A stretch of 64,000 nt of DNA from an uncultured delta proteobacterium (GCA_963771175.1 CAVYSY010000051.1:140808-204807); one strand, 5' to 3'. Shown: positions 1 through 11,375, counted from the first letter of the stretch. The notes: generated by a model from the letters alone, not told the origin. Made by a program: numbers and translations.

Positions 1-784
1 TCCGCGCGAGCGGCGGCGGCTCAGTCGGAGCAGCAGCGCCTCCAGCAGGAGCGTGCTGCGAAGGAGGCGGCCGCGGCCGCCGAGAAGCAGCGCCGCGAGG
101 ACGAGGCTCGCGCCGCCGCCGAGGAGAAGAAGCGCCAGCAGGCCGAGGCCCAGGCTTCCGCGGCCTCCGCCGCCGAGGAGAAGAAGCGCCAGCAGGCCGA
201 GGCGCGCGAGCGCCAGCGTGAGGAGGCCCAGGCCGCCGCGGAGGAGAAGAAGCGCCAGCAGGAGGAGGCCCGCGCCGCCGCGGAGGAGAAGAAGCGCGAG
301 CAGGCCGAGGCGCGGCAGCGTCAGCGTGAGGAGGCCAAGGCCGCCGCGGAGGAGAAGAAGCGCGCAGCAGGCCGAGGCGCGTCAGGCTCGCGTCGCCCAG
401 GCCGAGACGCCGCGCCGGGCTCCGGAGCAGGGGGAGCGCCTCGGCGTCTCCTCGGGCCGCACGACGCTGACGCTGGTGGGCTTCCGGCAGGAGTCCACGG
501 GCTCGCGCGTCTTCGTGCGCACCAACGAGCCCGTTCGCTACTCCGTCTCCCGGGGCGAGAAGATGGTGGTGCTGGAGCTGGAGAACACCCGCATCGCCGA
601 GTCCAACAACACCCGTGCGCTGGACACCTCCTTCTTCGATACGGCGGTGGTCGCGGTGGATGCGGACGTGGGGCCCTCGAACACGGTGCGCGTGGCCATC
701 CGGCTCAAGGAGCAGGTGCCCTACCAGACGCACCAGGAGGGCAACGAGGTCTCCATCGAGTTCCAGCGCCCCGCTGGCCGCTGA
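1..784 (+). CDS. AMIN-domain protein with N-terminal charged coiled-coil repeats (5'-partial; apparent frameshift near 362)
   Basis: Frame 1 reads repeated AAAEEKKRQQ units up to ~361. Frame 2 then continues into an AMIN-like domain (SRVFVRTNEPVRYSV...VVLELENTRI...VRVAIRLKE) that ends at TGA 784. Confidence 0.7.
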   Translation, partial: PRERRRLSRSSSASSRSVLRRRRPRPPRSSAARTRLAPPPRRRSASRPRPRLPRPPPPRRRSASRPRRASASVRRPRPPRRRRSASRRRPAPPRRRRSASRPRRGSVSVRRPRPPRRRRSAQQAEARQARVAQAETPRRAPEQGERLGVSSGRTTLTLVGFRQESTGSRVFVRTNEPVRYSVSRGEKMVVLELENTRIAESNNTRALDTSFFDTAVVAVDADVGPSNTVRVAIRLKEQVPYQTHQEGNEVSIEFQRPAGR

Positions 785-829
785 TGCTGATATAGGGCAG
801 CGCGACGCCCCACCTGCGTCGAGAGGGTC

Positions 830-3382
830 ATGAGCTTCCTGCTGCCGGTGGCCGTGCTGCTGGTTTCGGCACAGCTACCTCTGTCCACCCAACTCCAGCT
901 CCCCACGGGGGAGACCGTGGAGCTGGCCGCCGACTACGTCCTGTACGAGCCGGGGAGTCAGGTGCTCACCGCGCGCGGCCACACCGTGCTGCGCTCGGGA
1001 GAGGTGCTGCTGCGCGCCGACGAGGTCACCTACGACCAGGCCAACGAGGTCGCCGTCGCCAAGGGCAACGTCATGCTCGTCAGCGGCTTGATGGCCGCCG
1101 TGGCCGACGAGGTGTCGGTGGACGTGAAGTCGCTCGAGGCCAACGTGAAGGGCGGCCTCTTCATGCAGAAGCGCGGCGTCTCCCCGGAGGCGCTGCTCGC
1201 CGCGCAGACGCCCCAAGAGCTGCGCGACCTGGGCGAGACGCCCGTGCTGATGAGCGGTACGCGCATCAAACGCACCGGACAGAACTCCTTCCAGGTGGAC
1301 GGGCTCGCCTTCGCCCCGTGCCTCTGTGATGCGGACACGCCCACCTGGCGCATGGAGGCCAGCAGCGCCACCGTGGAGCTGGACGACCACGCCACGCTCA
1401 CCTGGCCGGTGGTGTACGTGCACTCGGTGCCGGTGTTCGCGCTGCCCTGGGTGTACGTGCCCCTGGCCGAGCGGCGCAGCGGCCTGCTCGTCCCGCGCCC
1501 CACGACGAGCGGCCTCAACGGCTTCTCCTTCGAGCAGCCGGTGTTCGTCACGCTCGGGCGCAGCTACGACCTCACCCTCACCCCCGCCTTCTACCTGGGG
1601 GCCCCCGAGGCGGAGGTCTCGCGCTGGATACCCTCGACGGGCGAGACGTTGACCCGGCTCGAGCCGACCCGGAACGGCATCCGGGGGCCGCGCCTGCTCA
1701 CGGAGTTCCGTTACATGCCCTCGAGGCGCACCGAGGGCCGTGCCACGCTGGGTCTGCTCTACGACCTCAAGCCCGTGCGCAACCCGGTCACGGGCGACTA
1801 CTTCCTCGATGCCCAGCACGAGCTCATCCGCGAGCGGCGCGGGCTGCGCGGCGAGGCCTCTCTGCAGCACAAGCAGGAGCTGGGCGGTGGTTTCCACGAC
1901 CGCATCGATGCCTTCGTCGTCTCCGACGGCTTCTACACGCGCGACGTCACCGCGGACATCGTGGCCCGCGAGAACCAGTACCTGCGCAGCACCGGCGTCC
2001 TCTACCACCGGGGCGACGACCGCTGGGCGGGCCTGGAGGTGGGTCTCCGCCAGGACATCCGCTGGGGCTACAGCCTGCTGGGTGGCAACGACGCTCCCGC
2101 CGGGGCGGTGCTCGACCGGCCCATCATTCCCGCGCCTCGCACCCTCCAGAAGCTCCCCGCGCTGACCTGGGCCCTGCCCGAGCGGCCCCTCCCCGGCGGG
2201 CTGGTGGGCAGCCTGCAGGTGGGGTTCACCCGCCTGTCTCCGCTGAGCTCCCTCTTTGGCGATGAGGGCGAGGACGGCCGCTACGACCCGGATCGGCTGC
2301 TGACCGCCGCCAATCCCGGGGGCACCCGGGAAATCGATACCGCCCAGGGCAACGGCATCTTCGACGCCTCGGACCGGGAGGCGAGGGACCGGTTGGATGT
2401 ACTCCCCCGGGTGTCCTCCTCGTTCGCCCTGGGCCGGTTCGCTCGCCTCACCCCCGCGCTCGCGCTGCGTCAGGACTTCTATGTGGGGGAGGTCTCCGGC
2501 CGGACGGCGCAGCGGGGCTACCCCCTCCTGGACCTGGTCGCGGACTCCGAGCTGGCGCGGACCTTCGAGCTCGGCGGCACCTCCCTCCGGCACTCCATCA
2601 TGCCCTCCGTGTGGCTGCGCTATGTGCCCATCGTCTGGGGAGGCCTGCCCTCGCCCGGTGCCTCGCCGGATGGCCCGGGTCAGGCCTATGACGAGATCGA
2701 CGCCGCCCTGCCCGCCACCCCCGTGGGCGCGGCGCCGCGCTTCCTCCACGCCCTGGTGGAGCTGAACCAGACGCTCCTCTCGCGGCGGCAGGGGATTCGG
2801 AGCGAGCTCGTCCGCCTGACCCTCGGGCAGGGGTTCGACCTGTCCAGGTACGCCCCCACGCTGGGGCGCGGCACCGCGCTGGAGGACGATCGGACCGTGC
2901 GCGACACCTATGGCCGGTTGTCCGCCAATGTGGGCCGCTTCACCGGCAACGGGCTCCTCCGGTATGACCCGAACACCAACCGCATCGCCCAGCTCAGCGC
3001 CGACTTCCGCATCTCCGTTCCCCAGGGGGAGCTCTTCGCCGGTTATGACGACCTGATCGGCGTGGGCTCGGATCGCCTGCGCCGGAGCCTGGATGCCCTG
3101 GTAGGGCCTGCTCGCACGAGTGACCAGCGAGCACAGTTCCTCAGAGCGGGGACGCAGGTGACGCTCGGCTTTGGGCTCGGGATACGATACGAGGCCATCG
3201 TACAACCACAGGCTCGCAGCGAGTCTCCCCTCAACCAGCAGTGGCTCGCGGTGTCGTATGGCCCCGCGTGCAACTGCTGGCGAATCGAAGGGGTAGCTCG
3301 GCTCGAAAGGGGGCGAGCGCGTCCAGACTTCGGTGTGAACCTCACGATCACCGGGGTGGGGACGTTCGGAACCGGGGGGTAG
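830..3382 (+). CDS. lptD: LPS-assembly protein LptD
   Basis: 850 aa. OstA-like N-terminus (LRADEVTYDQ...AKGNV), 'VPVFALPWVYVPLAERRSGLLVP' motif, C-terminal 'CNCWRIE' barrel end. Confidence 0.85.
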   Translation: MSFLLPVAVLLVSAQLPLSTQLQLPTGETVELAADYVLYEPGSQVLTARGHTVLRSGEVLLRADEVTYDQANEVAVAKGNVMLVSGLMAAVADEVSVDVKSLEANVKGGLFMQKRGVSPEALLAAQTPQELRDLGETPVLMSGTRIKRTGQNSFQVDGLAFAPCLCDADTPTWRMEASSATVELDDHATLTWPVVYVHSVPVFALPWVYVPLAERRSGLLVPRPTTSGLNGFSFEQPVFVTLGRSYDLTLTPAFYLGAPEAEVSRWIPSTGETLTRLEPTRNGIRGPRLLTEFRYMPSRRTEGRATLGLLYDLKPVRNPVTGDYFLDAQHELIRERRGLRGEASLQHKQELGGGFHDRIDAFVVSDGFYTRDVTADIVARENQYLRSTGVLYHRGDDRWAGLEVGLRQDIRWGYSLLGGNDAPAGAVLDRPIIPAPRTLQKLPALTWALPERPLPGGLVGSLQVGFTRLSPLSSLFGDEGEDGRYDPDRLLTAANPGGTREIDTAQGNGIFDASDREARDRLDVLPRVSSSFALGRFARLTPALALRQDFYVGEVSGRTAQRGYPLLDLVADSELARTFELGGTSLRHSIMPSVWLRYVPIVWGGLPSPGASPDGPGQAYDEIDAALPATPVGAAPRFLHALVELNQTLLSRRQGIRSELVRLTLGQGFDLSRYAPTLGRGTALEDDRTVRDTYGRLSANVGRFTGNGLLRYDPNTNRIAQLSADFRISVPQGELFAGYDDLIGVGSDRLRRSLDALVGPARTSDQRAQFLRAGTQVTLGFGLGIRYEAIVQPQARSESPLNQQWLAVSYGPACNCWRIEGVARLERGRARPDFGVNLTITGVGTFGTGG

Positions 3383-3451
3383 GAATCCCCGGCGCGTGTG
3401 CGTGGTTCTTTCACTCCCTGACGGATTCCCCTGTGGAGGACGAGGCCTTTC

Positions 3452-3802
3452 GTGTCGGAACTCGGCAAACGTATTGGACAGCGCATTCGTGAACTTCGCA
3501 CCCAGCGTCCGGAGCGGTGGACGCAGGAGGAGCTCGCGGAACGGGCGCAAATCAGCGTCTCCTTCCTCTCGATGATCGAGCGGGGAGAGCGCGTTGCGCA
3601 TGTGGAAACTCTTGCCGCCCTGGCCTTGGCCCTGGGCGTGAGCCTCGGCGAGCTCTTCGCGGGAACGGAGGAGACTCCGGCGCAGACGGAGGACCTGCTG
3701 CGCCCGTTGTCGGACTTCGCCCGGGCCAGGGGCCTGACGGCCCGGGATGTAGAGCGCCTGCTGGGCGTGGCTCGCGCCATGTTCAGCGGCTCGGCGGCCT
3801 GA
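3452..3802 (+). CDS. XRE-family helix-turn-helix regulator
   Basis: IGQRIRELR...WTQEELAERAQISVSFLSMIERGER...LALALGVSLGELF; GGAGG RBS upstream. Confidence 0.9.
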   Translation: MSELGKRIGQRIRELRTQRPERWTQEELAERAQISVSFLSMIERGERVAHVETLAALALALGVSLGELFAGTEETPAQTEDLLRPLSDFARARGLTARDVERLLGVARAMFSGSAA

Positions 3803-3921
3803 CCCAGCAGCCTGGATGGCTGCCGTCCTTGACGGGACGCATCTGAGACCGGGAAGATGGGAAGTGTTGGCTGTGCGTCAACAACGCGCGGCTCTCTTCC
3901 CCTTCGAAGGAGTCTTCTCAG

Positions 3922-5455
3922 ATGCGTCTGGGTCTCGCCGTGTGGGTGGCGATCACGAGCGGGGTGCTGGCAGCTTGCAGCCCCCCGGCCCCGTCGACGC
4001 TGGAGTTCGTGGAACAATCCCCGCTCCAGCCTCGGCTCGGGGAGATCACCACGTTGAGCTTCCGCGCCATTGATTCTCGAGGCGAACCGCAGCCGGGTGT
4101 GCATGTCGTCTTCGAGCTGCAGGCCCCCGTGTCGGGTGTCGAGCTCAATCCCCTCGAGGCGGATACCAATGTGGGCACGGGTATCGCCTCCACCCAGGTG
4201 GTGGCCAAGGGAGGCCGTGTGTCCTCCGTGGTCGTCATCGCCCGGGTGGCTGACAAGGTGGCCACCAGCCCCGCGGTCACCTTCGCGGGCTCCAGCTCCA
4301 ACTCCCGCCAGTTCACCTTCCAGTGCGGTCCCATCGCCGGTGCCGGCTTCGGGTGGCGTGCACGCCATCGGCGCCTATGACGAGACGCGTCATCTGATTG
4401 CCGGCGTGAAGCTGAACTGCGTCGCCCACGTGGCGGACCGCAACGGCGACGGCATCAGCGGGGCGCAGGTGTCCTTCCTCACCGAGGCCGGCACCATCGG
4501 CCCCAGCTCCACCTCCGAGACGGACGTGGTGGGCAATGCCCCGGTCCTCTACAAGACCTCGTTGCCGCTGCCCGAGGACGTGTCCCCGGGCTCCTTCACC
4601 TGGAACCCCTCCACCGATGCCACCCACACTGGCGAGTACCTCGCCCCGCTGTGGATGCACCCGTTCGGCTGGGTGGAGGATCCGATCGCCAATTTCGACA
4701 AGGAGCCCACCTTCCAGGAGCCGCGCCGGCCGGATCCCATCCGTCCGGGCAAGGAGAACAACCCCCGCGACAACCTGGTGACCATGATCGCCGTCACCAC
4801 GGGCGAGGAGGCCTTCGACGACCTCAACAACAACGGCCTCCGGGAGGAGACCGAGCCGTTCGTCGACCTCACCGAGCCCTTCGTCGACAACAACGACAAC
4901 GGCACGTGGGACACGGACGAGCGCTACGTCGACGCCAACGGCAACGGCGTGTGGGATGGCAAGAACGGCAAGTACGACGCCGTCACCCTCATCTGGGTCC
5001 AGGAGCGCATCCTCTGGACGGGCTGGGCGCACAAGGAGGACCGCGAGCCGGCCACCGCGCGCAACCCCAAGCCGGTCATCAAGTCGCTCAAGCCCGCCCT
5101 CCCGGTGACGATCGCCAAGTTCGAAGGGGTGTCCGCGGAGTTCCTGCTGGCGGACCCCTGGTTCAACGGCATGGCCCGCAGCAACGGCGACGAGGACGGG
5201 TGCACCGCGGAGGCGGTGGGGCCCATCGCGGTGGCCCCCATGGCCCGGGGCAGGGCCTTCACCTACCCGGCCTTCACGCTGATGCGCTACCTCATCAAGG
5301 ACACTCGCGATCCCACCGACCCCACCGCCCCGAACTACACCGCCCCTGGCGTCAAGTTCGAGGTGTCGGCGGGCTGCTCCTTCACCGCCTCGCCGGTGGA
5401 GGGCTACAAGACCGTGATCGCGGCGCCCACGGTGAGCGGCTACGTCTTCCCGTGA
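3922..5455 (+). CDS. Lipoprotein with Ig-like (invasin/Big-1-like) domains and DxNxNG Ca-binding-type repeats (frameshift near 4350)
   Basis: Lipobox LAAC in ORF 3922-4380. Reading continues in ORF 4070-5455 (GGVHAIGAYD...ADRNGD...EAFDDLNNNG..EPFVDNNDNGTWD..ERYVDANGNGVWDG). Confidence 0.65.
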
Positions 5456-5474
5456 CGAGGCGCGGCAAAGGGCA

Positions 5475-5503
5475 TTGACCGCGAGCCCCTCCCTCCGTAC
5501 CGT
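5475..5503 (+). promoter_or_regulatory. sigma70-like promoter for the tetR operon
   Basis: TTGACC-17 bp-TACCGT, followed by the imperfect palindrome TGATT-N5-AGTCA (~5514-5528), a possible TetR operator. Confidence 0.5.
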
Positions 5504-5550
5504 CCTCCCTGGCTGATTGCTCTAGTCAACCGGCCGGGGAGAGCCAGCGC

Positions 5551-6264
5551 GTGAGTCCGCAGCAGCGCAAGTCGGAGGAGGCAGGGAGTCGGGAGAACGA
5601 GCGCCGCCGCACCATCCTGCGCGCGGCGATCGAGGTGTTCGCGCGCAAGGGCTACCACGGCTGCCGCATCGCGGACGTGGCGCGCGAGGCGGGCGTCGCC
5701 TACGGGCTCGTCTACCACTACTTCAAGAACAAGGATGAGCTGCTCGAGTCCGTCGTTCGAGACCGGGTGGAGCGGCTTCGTCTCGCGCATGCGCGCGGTG
5801 GCCCAGGGCGAGGGCTCGCTCGAGGAGAAGGTGCGCGGCATCGCGGACGTGGCCTTCGAGGCCTACCGGGTGGATCCGCGCGCGGTGAAGGTGCTGATCC
5901 TGGAGGTCGGCCGCAGCCCCGCGGGCAGCCGGCGGTCAACCGGCAGCACGGCCTTCGCCGATGCCATCCGCATGGCCGCGGACATGTTCGCGCACGCCCA
6001 GGCGGCGCGGCGAGCTGCGCCCGGACGTCGACCCGATGCTCTGCGCGTCGCTGCTCTTCGGCGCCATCGAGATGGGCCTGACCGCCTTCGTGTTGGGGCT
6101 GATGGAAGACCGCAGTGCCCGAGGCTCTCGACCGGGCCAAGGTGCAGATCGCCGAGACCTTCCTTCACGGCGTCCTTCCCGGCGACGCCACTTCCGCGGA
6201 GGTCGTCATGGAAGCAGGAGAAGTCGCGTCCGGTACCAAGGCGAAGGCGGGCAAGCGCTCCTGA
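5551..6264 (+). CDS. TetR/AcrR family regulator (several apparent frameshifts)
   Basis: ILRAAIEVFARKGYHGCRIADVAREAGVAYGLVYHYFKNKDELL HTH. The C-terminal part is spread across other frames (GELRPDVDPMLCASLLFGAIE). Confidence 0.85.
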
Positions 6265-6997
6265 CCATCGATCGGCCGAGGGCGCGCAACGCGCTCTCGC
6301 CGGAGGTGTTGCAGGGCCTGCTGGCCGCGCTGGACCAGGCCGAGGCCGACCCCGCCGTGCGCGTGGTGGTGCTCACCGGCGCGGGCGAGAAGGTGTTCTG
6401 CGCCGGCGGCGACCTCGGGCAGCTGGGCGGGGAGGGCGGCTTCCTCGCCGGCCACGAGGGGCGCCGCGTCTACGGCGCGGCTGCTGCAGCGGCTGCAGGA
6501 CCTGCGCAAGCCCACGGTGGCGCGGGTCAACGGCCACGCGCTCGCGGGCGGGCTGGGGCTGGTGCTCGCGTGCGACCTGGCGGTGGCGGCCGAGCACGCC
6601 GAGCTGGGCACGCCGGAGATCGACGTGGGGCTCTTCCCCATGATGGTGATGGCGCTGCTGCAGCGGCACCTGGGCCGCAAGCGGGCGCTGGAGCTGGTGC
6701 TGACCGGGGAGCGGCTGCCGGCGCGCGAGGCGCTCGCGCTGGGGCTGCTCAACCGGGTGGTGCCCGCGGCCGAGCTGGACACGACGGTGGCGGGCGCTCG
6801 CGGGGAAGCTCGCGGGCAAGAGCCAGGCGGTGCTCGCCCTGGGGCGCCGCGCCTTCTTCACCGCCGAGGACATGCCCCTGCCGGCCGCCCTGGAGTACCT
6901 GGCCTCGCAGCTCTCGCTCAACGTGCTGGCCGAGGACGCCGCCGAGGGCGTCACCGCCTTCCTCGAGAAGCGCCCCCCGAAGTGGAACGACCGCTGA
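6208..6997 (+). CDS. Enoyl-CoA hydratase/isomerase (crotonase) family (frameshifted)
   Basis: LTIDRPRARNALS, VFCAGGDL, VNGHALAGGLGLVLACDL, TPEIDVGLFP, DAAEGVTAFLEKR, spread over three frames. Confidence 0.85.
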
Positions 6998-7025
6998 GCT
7001 CTCGAAGTCCCCGAGGAGGTGCCCC

Positions 7026-7921
7026 ATGCCGCTGTCGAAGGACAAGGTCATCGTCACCTGCGCGCTGACGGGCGTGCTGGCGAAGCGAGATCAGTGCCCC
7101 TACCTGCCGTACTCCCCGGTGGAGATCGCCGAGGAGGCCCGGCGCGCCTACGAGGCCGGCGCCGCGGTGGTGCACATCCACGGCCGCGAGCCCGACTCGG
7201 GGGACCAGTCCTGGAGCGCGGACATCTACGGGCAGATCAAGGAAGAGGTGCGCAAGCGCTCGCCCATCATCATCAACTTCTCCACCGGCGGCTTCAACAT
7301 GGGGGTGGCGTCCGAGGCGGAGAAGAAGGCGCGGCTGGCCTACGTGTGCGAAGACGCGGCCGGAGATGGCCGCGCTCAACATGGGGTCGATGAACTACGC
7401 GAAGTACTCGGAGAAGCGGAAGGAGTTCGTCTTCGACTTCGTGTTCCCCAACCCCTTCTCGGACATCCTGCTGGCAGTGCGACGCCATGCGCGAGGGCGG
7501 GGTGAAGCCGGAGCTGGAGTGCTTCGACCTCGGCCACGTCCACAACGCCGAGCCGCTGCTGGCCATGGGCGCGCTCAAGGGGCCGCTGCAGTACAGCTTC
7601 ATCCTCGGCGTGCTCGGCGGCGTGCCGCCCTCGGCGGAGAACCTGCTGGCCATGGCGCGGCAGATCCGCCCCGAGGACACCTGGGAGGTGATCGGCATCT
7701 CCCGGGTGCAGTGGACGCTGGTGGCCGCGGCGCTGGCGCTCGGCGGCAACGTCCGCGTGGGCCTGGAGGACAACTTCTACCTGGACGCGGCCGGCACGGA
7801 GATGGCCAAGGGGAACGGGCCGCTGGTGGAGAAGGCGGTGCGGCTCGCGCGGGACATCGGTCGCGAGCCGATGAGCCCGGACGAGGCCCGGGCCGCGCTC
7901 GGCATCGGCCAGTCCTGGTGA
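7026..7921 (+). CDS. BKACE / 3-keto-5-aminohexanoate cleavage family protein (frameshifted)
   Basis: [52 protein letters not shown] motifs. Confidence 0.85.
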
Positions 7922-7924
7922 GCG

Positions 7925-8830
7925 CTACTCCTTCTCGCGCTGGGTGACGGCCGGGGCGCCGCCGAAGTCGAGCTTCAGCAGCGTCTCGCCGTCCACCCAC
8001 AGCTCGTCCACCTTCACGCCCCAGTGGAGGTGGGGGCCGGTGACGCGGCCGGTGCTGCCCACCTTGCCCAGGAGCTGGCCGCGCTCCACGCGCGCCCCCT
8101 CCTTCACGTCCGTGGCCGAGAGGTGGAAGTAGGCCGTGTAGAGGCCGGCCCCGTGGTGCAGGAGCACCGTGTTGCCCGAGGCGTAGGCGTCGCGCGTCAT
8201 CACCACCGTGCCCGCGTTGGCGGCGTACACCGGCACGCCCGTGGCCCCGCGGATGTCGGTGCCGTAGTGCTGGCTCTGCTTCTTGCCGTTGTAGGTGCGC
8301 AGATCGCCATAGGGCGCGGTGATGGTGTCCTGGCGCGGCCAGGCGAAGTTCTCGCCGAAGAGCGGAGGGGCGAAGGACTGCGCGAAGGCGGCGGCGAAGG
8401 CGGCCCTGTCCGCTTCCATGCGCGCCTGCACCTCGGGGTCTGGCTTCGTCTTCACGAACTTGTTGGACACCTTCAGCGTGCGCGACGGCCAGCTCGCGGC
8501 CACCACGTCCAGCTTCCCCTTGAGCTCCACGGGGGCGGCGCCGCCAACGGTGGGCGCCGTCACCTTCACGGGCACCTGTCCCGGCGTCAGCTCCAGCGGA
8601 ATCCCGGTGAGGGCCTGGAAGCCATCGCGCACCGGGTAGAAGCGCAGGGGGCGCTCTCCGAGGGTGCCGGTGGGCGCCTCGGTGAGACCGCTCACGGTGA
8701 CGAGCACCGGATCTCCTGGCCGCGCCACCTCGGGCTGGAGGGAGAGGTGGGGACGTTCCTCGGCGGCGTAGGCGGACAGGCCGAGGACCAGTAGGAGGAA
8801 GGGCAGCCTCCGGAGGGGGGAGATATTCAC
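7925..8830 (-). CDS. M23 family metallopeptidase, secreted
   Basis: Signal peptide; HYGTD, YFHLS and TGPHLHWG motifs. Confidence 0.9.
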   Translation of the reverse strand: MNISPLRRLPFLLLVLGLSAYAAEERPHLSLQPEVARPGDPVLVTVSGLTEAPTGTLGERPLRFYPVRDGFQALTGIPLELTPGQVPVKVTAPTVGGAAPVELKGKLDVVAASWPSRTLKVSNKFVKTKPDPEVQARMEADRAAFAAAFAQSFAPPLFGENFAWPRQDTITAPYGDLRTYNGKKQSQHYGTDIRGATGVPVYAANAGTVVMTRDAYASGNTVLLHHGAGLYTAYFHLSATDVKEGARVERGQLLGKVGSTGRVTGPHLHWGVKVDELWVDGETLLKLDFGGAPAVTQREKE

Positions 8831-9069
8831 GGGGGGCGAGATATGCGTGCGGGAGGGGGAGCGTCAACGACTGCCGGCCGCGACAACCCCCCGAATGTTC
8901 GTCGTGTGGCTGTCAGCGCCGAGCTCCGGAAGGGGAGGGGGCGCATGCCGCGCTACCCGAGGGGTAGGCGGACGGGCAGGCCCCCGGGAGTCTCAGCGTT
9001 CCCTCCGCACATACCTCTCCCTAGCTTCTCGCGTATCCGTTTTTCTGTTTCTGAGGGGGAGATAATCGG

Positions 9070-9531
9070 ATGCCTCGCACCTATAGCTTCGACCACTTCA
9101 CCGTTCCGAAGGCCTCGGCTCCGAGCCGCGGTCTGCGACGGCGGGAGAAGCAGCATCTGTCCGAGAAGCATGGGTCGGAGCGCCGTTCCGACAAGGCCCT
9201 CCAGTACGGTCGGAGCCATGCGGAGACGGAGGAGATGTTCCACGTTCGCGCCATGAACGCGCAGCTCGAGGCGCTGGCGGGCCTGTCGCCCAACGCGCCG
9301 GTGAAGCCCACCGCGACCAACCGGGGCCAGCCCATTGGCGCGCTCCCGGTGGCCGTGGAGCCCCTGGTGTCGCGCGGGGCGTTCAAGGACGTGTACGAGG
9401 AGGCCCTGCGCCAGTTCCGCGCCCTCCAGTCCGGCATCCAGGATGCCACCACGGCCACGGGGCGGTTGTTGTCGCTGCCGATGGAAGCGGCCCGTCTGGC
9501 CGCGCGGCGTCTCCGTCTCGTTCAGGGCTGA
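9070..9531 (+). CDS. Hypothetical protein
   Basis: 153 aa ORF with RBS (GAGGGGGAG) and GC3-biased codons, just upstream of the EEP gene. Confidence 0.65.
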   Translation: MPRTYSFDHFTVPKASAPSRGLRRREKQHLSEKHGSERRSDKALQYGRSHAETEEMFHVRAMNAQLEALAGLSPNAPVKPTATNRGQPIGALPVAVEPLVSRGAFKDVYEEALRQFRALQSGIQDATTATGRLLSLPMEAARLAARRLRLVQG

Positions 9532-9542
9532 GTGAGGAGTGT

Positions 9543-10307
9543 GTGGAGCTGACGCTCGTCTCGTACAACATCCACAGTGGGATTGGGACGGACGGTTTCT
9601 TCGACCTGAACCGCGTGGGAGAGGTGCTGCGGGAGATCAACGCGGACGTCATCGCCCTCCAGGAAGTGGGGGACTACCGGGGCGTGACGCCCCGTGAGGA
9701 TCAGCCCGAGCACCTGGCGGATCTGCTCGGGCTGCACATGGCCTTCGGCCCCAACGTGGTGCGCAATGGCCGACGCTATGGCAACGCCATCCTCTCCCGG
9801 CTGCCCATCCTCAAATCGAAGAACTACGACCTGAGCGTGGGCCGTCGCGAGCCCCGGGGGGCGTTGCGCTGCGACCTGGACCTGGGCGCGGGCCGGCAGC
9901 TCCACCTCTTCTGCCTGCACCTGGGGTTGAGCATGCGCGAGCGCCGCCGCCAGGAGTCGCTCCTGCTGTCCGCCGACATCCTCCGCGATGCCGTGCGGAA
10001 TGATCCGGTGGTGGTGTGTGGAGACTTCAACTACTGGGGCCCCGGCGCGGTGCCCGGGCTGGTGCGGCAGGCCATCCACGACGTGGCCCTGGAACTGGGC
10101 ACCCCGGTGCGCACCTACCACTCCCGATTCCCGCTGCTGCGGTTGGATCGCATCTACGTGGACTCCGGCGTGAGGCCGCTGGCCCTGCACGCCCACGGCA
10201 CACCGCTCTGCGCGGTGGCCTCGGACCATCTGCCGCTGGTGATGCGCTTCGAGGCACCCGTGGCGGGTCTGCTGCCCCGCTCGGCACCGGTCGAGCTCAT
10301 CGGCTAA
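9543..10307 (+). CDS. Endonuclease/exonuclease/phosphatase (EEP) family protein
   Basis: SYNIH, ADVIALQEV, GNAILSR, CGDFN, LDRIY, ASDHLPL motifs. Confidence 0.9.
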   Translation: MELTLVSYNIHSGIGTDGFFDLNRVGEVLREINADVIALQEVGDYRGVTPREDQPEHLADLLGLHMAFGPNVVRNGRRYGNAILSRLPILKSKNYDLSVGRREPRGALRCDLDLGAGRQLHLFCLHLGLSMRERRRQESLLLSADILRDAVRNDPVVVCGDFNYWGPGAVPGLVRQAIHDVALELGTPVRTYHSRFPLLRLDRIYVDSGVRPLALHAHGTPLCAVASDHLPLVMRFEAPVAGLLPRSAPVELIG

Positions 10308-10439
10308 CCTGGGCGCTCCGGCGCGTCGGATGGCCAACGCTGACGAGCGCCGGACATATTTCTTCGCGGCGGGGTTGTCGTGGAGAACAGGGGGGTCCTA
10401 CGTTGGGGCCTCCGAATGAGAGCGACGGCCGGGGAGCAG

Positions 10440-10874
10440 ATGGGCTTGGGCACCGAACAGACGGAGCGCGGACTCGCCGCGCTCGTCGGGCGGATGACGG
10501 ACGGTTTCAGCAGGCTGGTGACACAGCACCTGGCGCTGGCGCGCATGGAGCTGATGGATGACGCGCGGGCGGTGGGGTCGGACGTGGCGCGCATCGCCGC
10601 CTTCGTTCCCTTCGTGCTGGTGGGCTATGCCTTCCTCTGCGCGGCGCTGTCCGCCTTCCTGGCGCGGTGGCTCGGCTGGGATGGAGCGCTCGCGGTGGTG
10701 GGGGCGGTCAACCTCGTGGGCGGTGGGCTGGGCATCTCGCGGGCCGCCGCGCGGCTCAAGGCCCGCCGAGTCATGGACGGCACCACCGAGGAGCTGAACC
10801 GCAGCGTGGAGGTGCTCGCCCAGGCCCCGGTCGCGCCCGCGGTGCTCCCCCGGGAGGCCGGTCATGGCCGCTGA
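10440..10874 (+). CDS. Phage-holin-family (holin-X type) membrane protein
   Basis: LVTQHLALARMEL motif followed by two hydrophobic helices; overlaps the next ORF. Confidence 0.7.
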   Translation: MGLGTEQTERGLAALVGRMTDGFSRLVTQHLALARMELMDDARAVGSDVARIAAFVPFVLVGYAFLCAALSAFLARWLGWDGALAVVGAVNLVGGGLGISRAAARLKARRVMDGTTEELNRSVEVLAQAPVAPAVLPREAGHGR

Positions 10875-11085
10875 CGGGAAGGCGAAGACCTCGCCCCAGA
10901 CTCCGGAGCAGCTTCGCGCGGAGATCGAACGGACCCGCAACGAGCTCGTTCACTCGGTCACCCTGCTGCGCGAGGAGGTGGCCTGGCGCACCGACTGGCG
11001 CCAGTGGGTGCGCCGCCATCCCATGTCGTGCGTGGGCGCGGCGTTCTTCGTCGGATTCCTCATCGGCAGCAGCCGGCGGCGCTAG
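10864..11085 (+). CDS. DUF3618-like small protein
   Basis: TPEQLRAEIERTRNEL...VRRHP...AAFFVGFLIG C-terminal anchor. Confidence 0.7.
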   Translation: MAADGKAKTSPQTPEQLRAEIERTRNELVHSVTLLREEVAWRTDWRQWVRRHPMSCVGAAFFVGFLIGSSRRR

Positions 11086-11128
11086 TCGCCCGACACCTTC
11101 GTTCCCACCCTTCAACCCCGATAAGGAG

Positions 11129-11338
11129 ATGGCTTCCATGGACGTCAATCCGCAGCACCTGCAGGAGAAGGCCCGTCAGTTCCAGGAGAACATGGTGCCG
11201 CAGCTCGAGGAGGCGCGGCGCAACCTGGAGGATCTCAACACCCGCGTGGTGAGCTTCGTGCGCGCCAATCCGGGCACCTGCCTCCTGGGCGCCGTGGCCC
11301 TGGGCTTCATCGTCGGGCGCATCGCGTCGCGCCGCTGA
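11129..11338 (+). CDS. DUF883/YqjD-like tail-anchored small protein
   Basis: AAGGAG RBS; FVRANPGTCLLGAVALGFIVGRIASRR tail. Confidence 0.65.
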   Translation: MASMDVNPQHLQEKARQFQENMVPQLEEARRNLEDLNTRVVSFVRANPGTCLLGAVALGFIVGRIASRR

Positions 11339-11375
11339 GCCTCTCGCCGTTTCCTCGAAGACTCGGAGTACCGAC

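Noticed and set aside
100..380. Non-coding DNA repeat (GAGGAGAAGAAGCGC units)
   Set aside because: Explained by coding AAAEEKKR repeats in the AMIN protein.
875..3601. Long antisense ORFs (also 14134-17055, 48836-51403, 60871-63561 and the upstream part of 30181-33339)
   Set aside because: Shadow frames of real genes, expected at high GC; no motifs and skewed composition.
10440..10874. Prophage lysis cassette
   Set aside because: No endolysin, structural or integrase genes nearby; this holin-like family commonly sits in chromosomal stress clusters.
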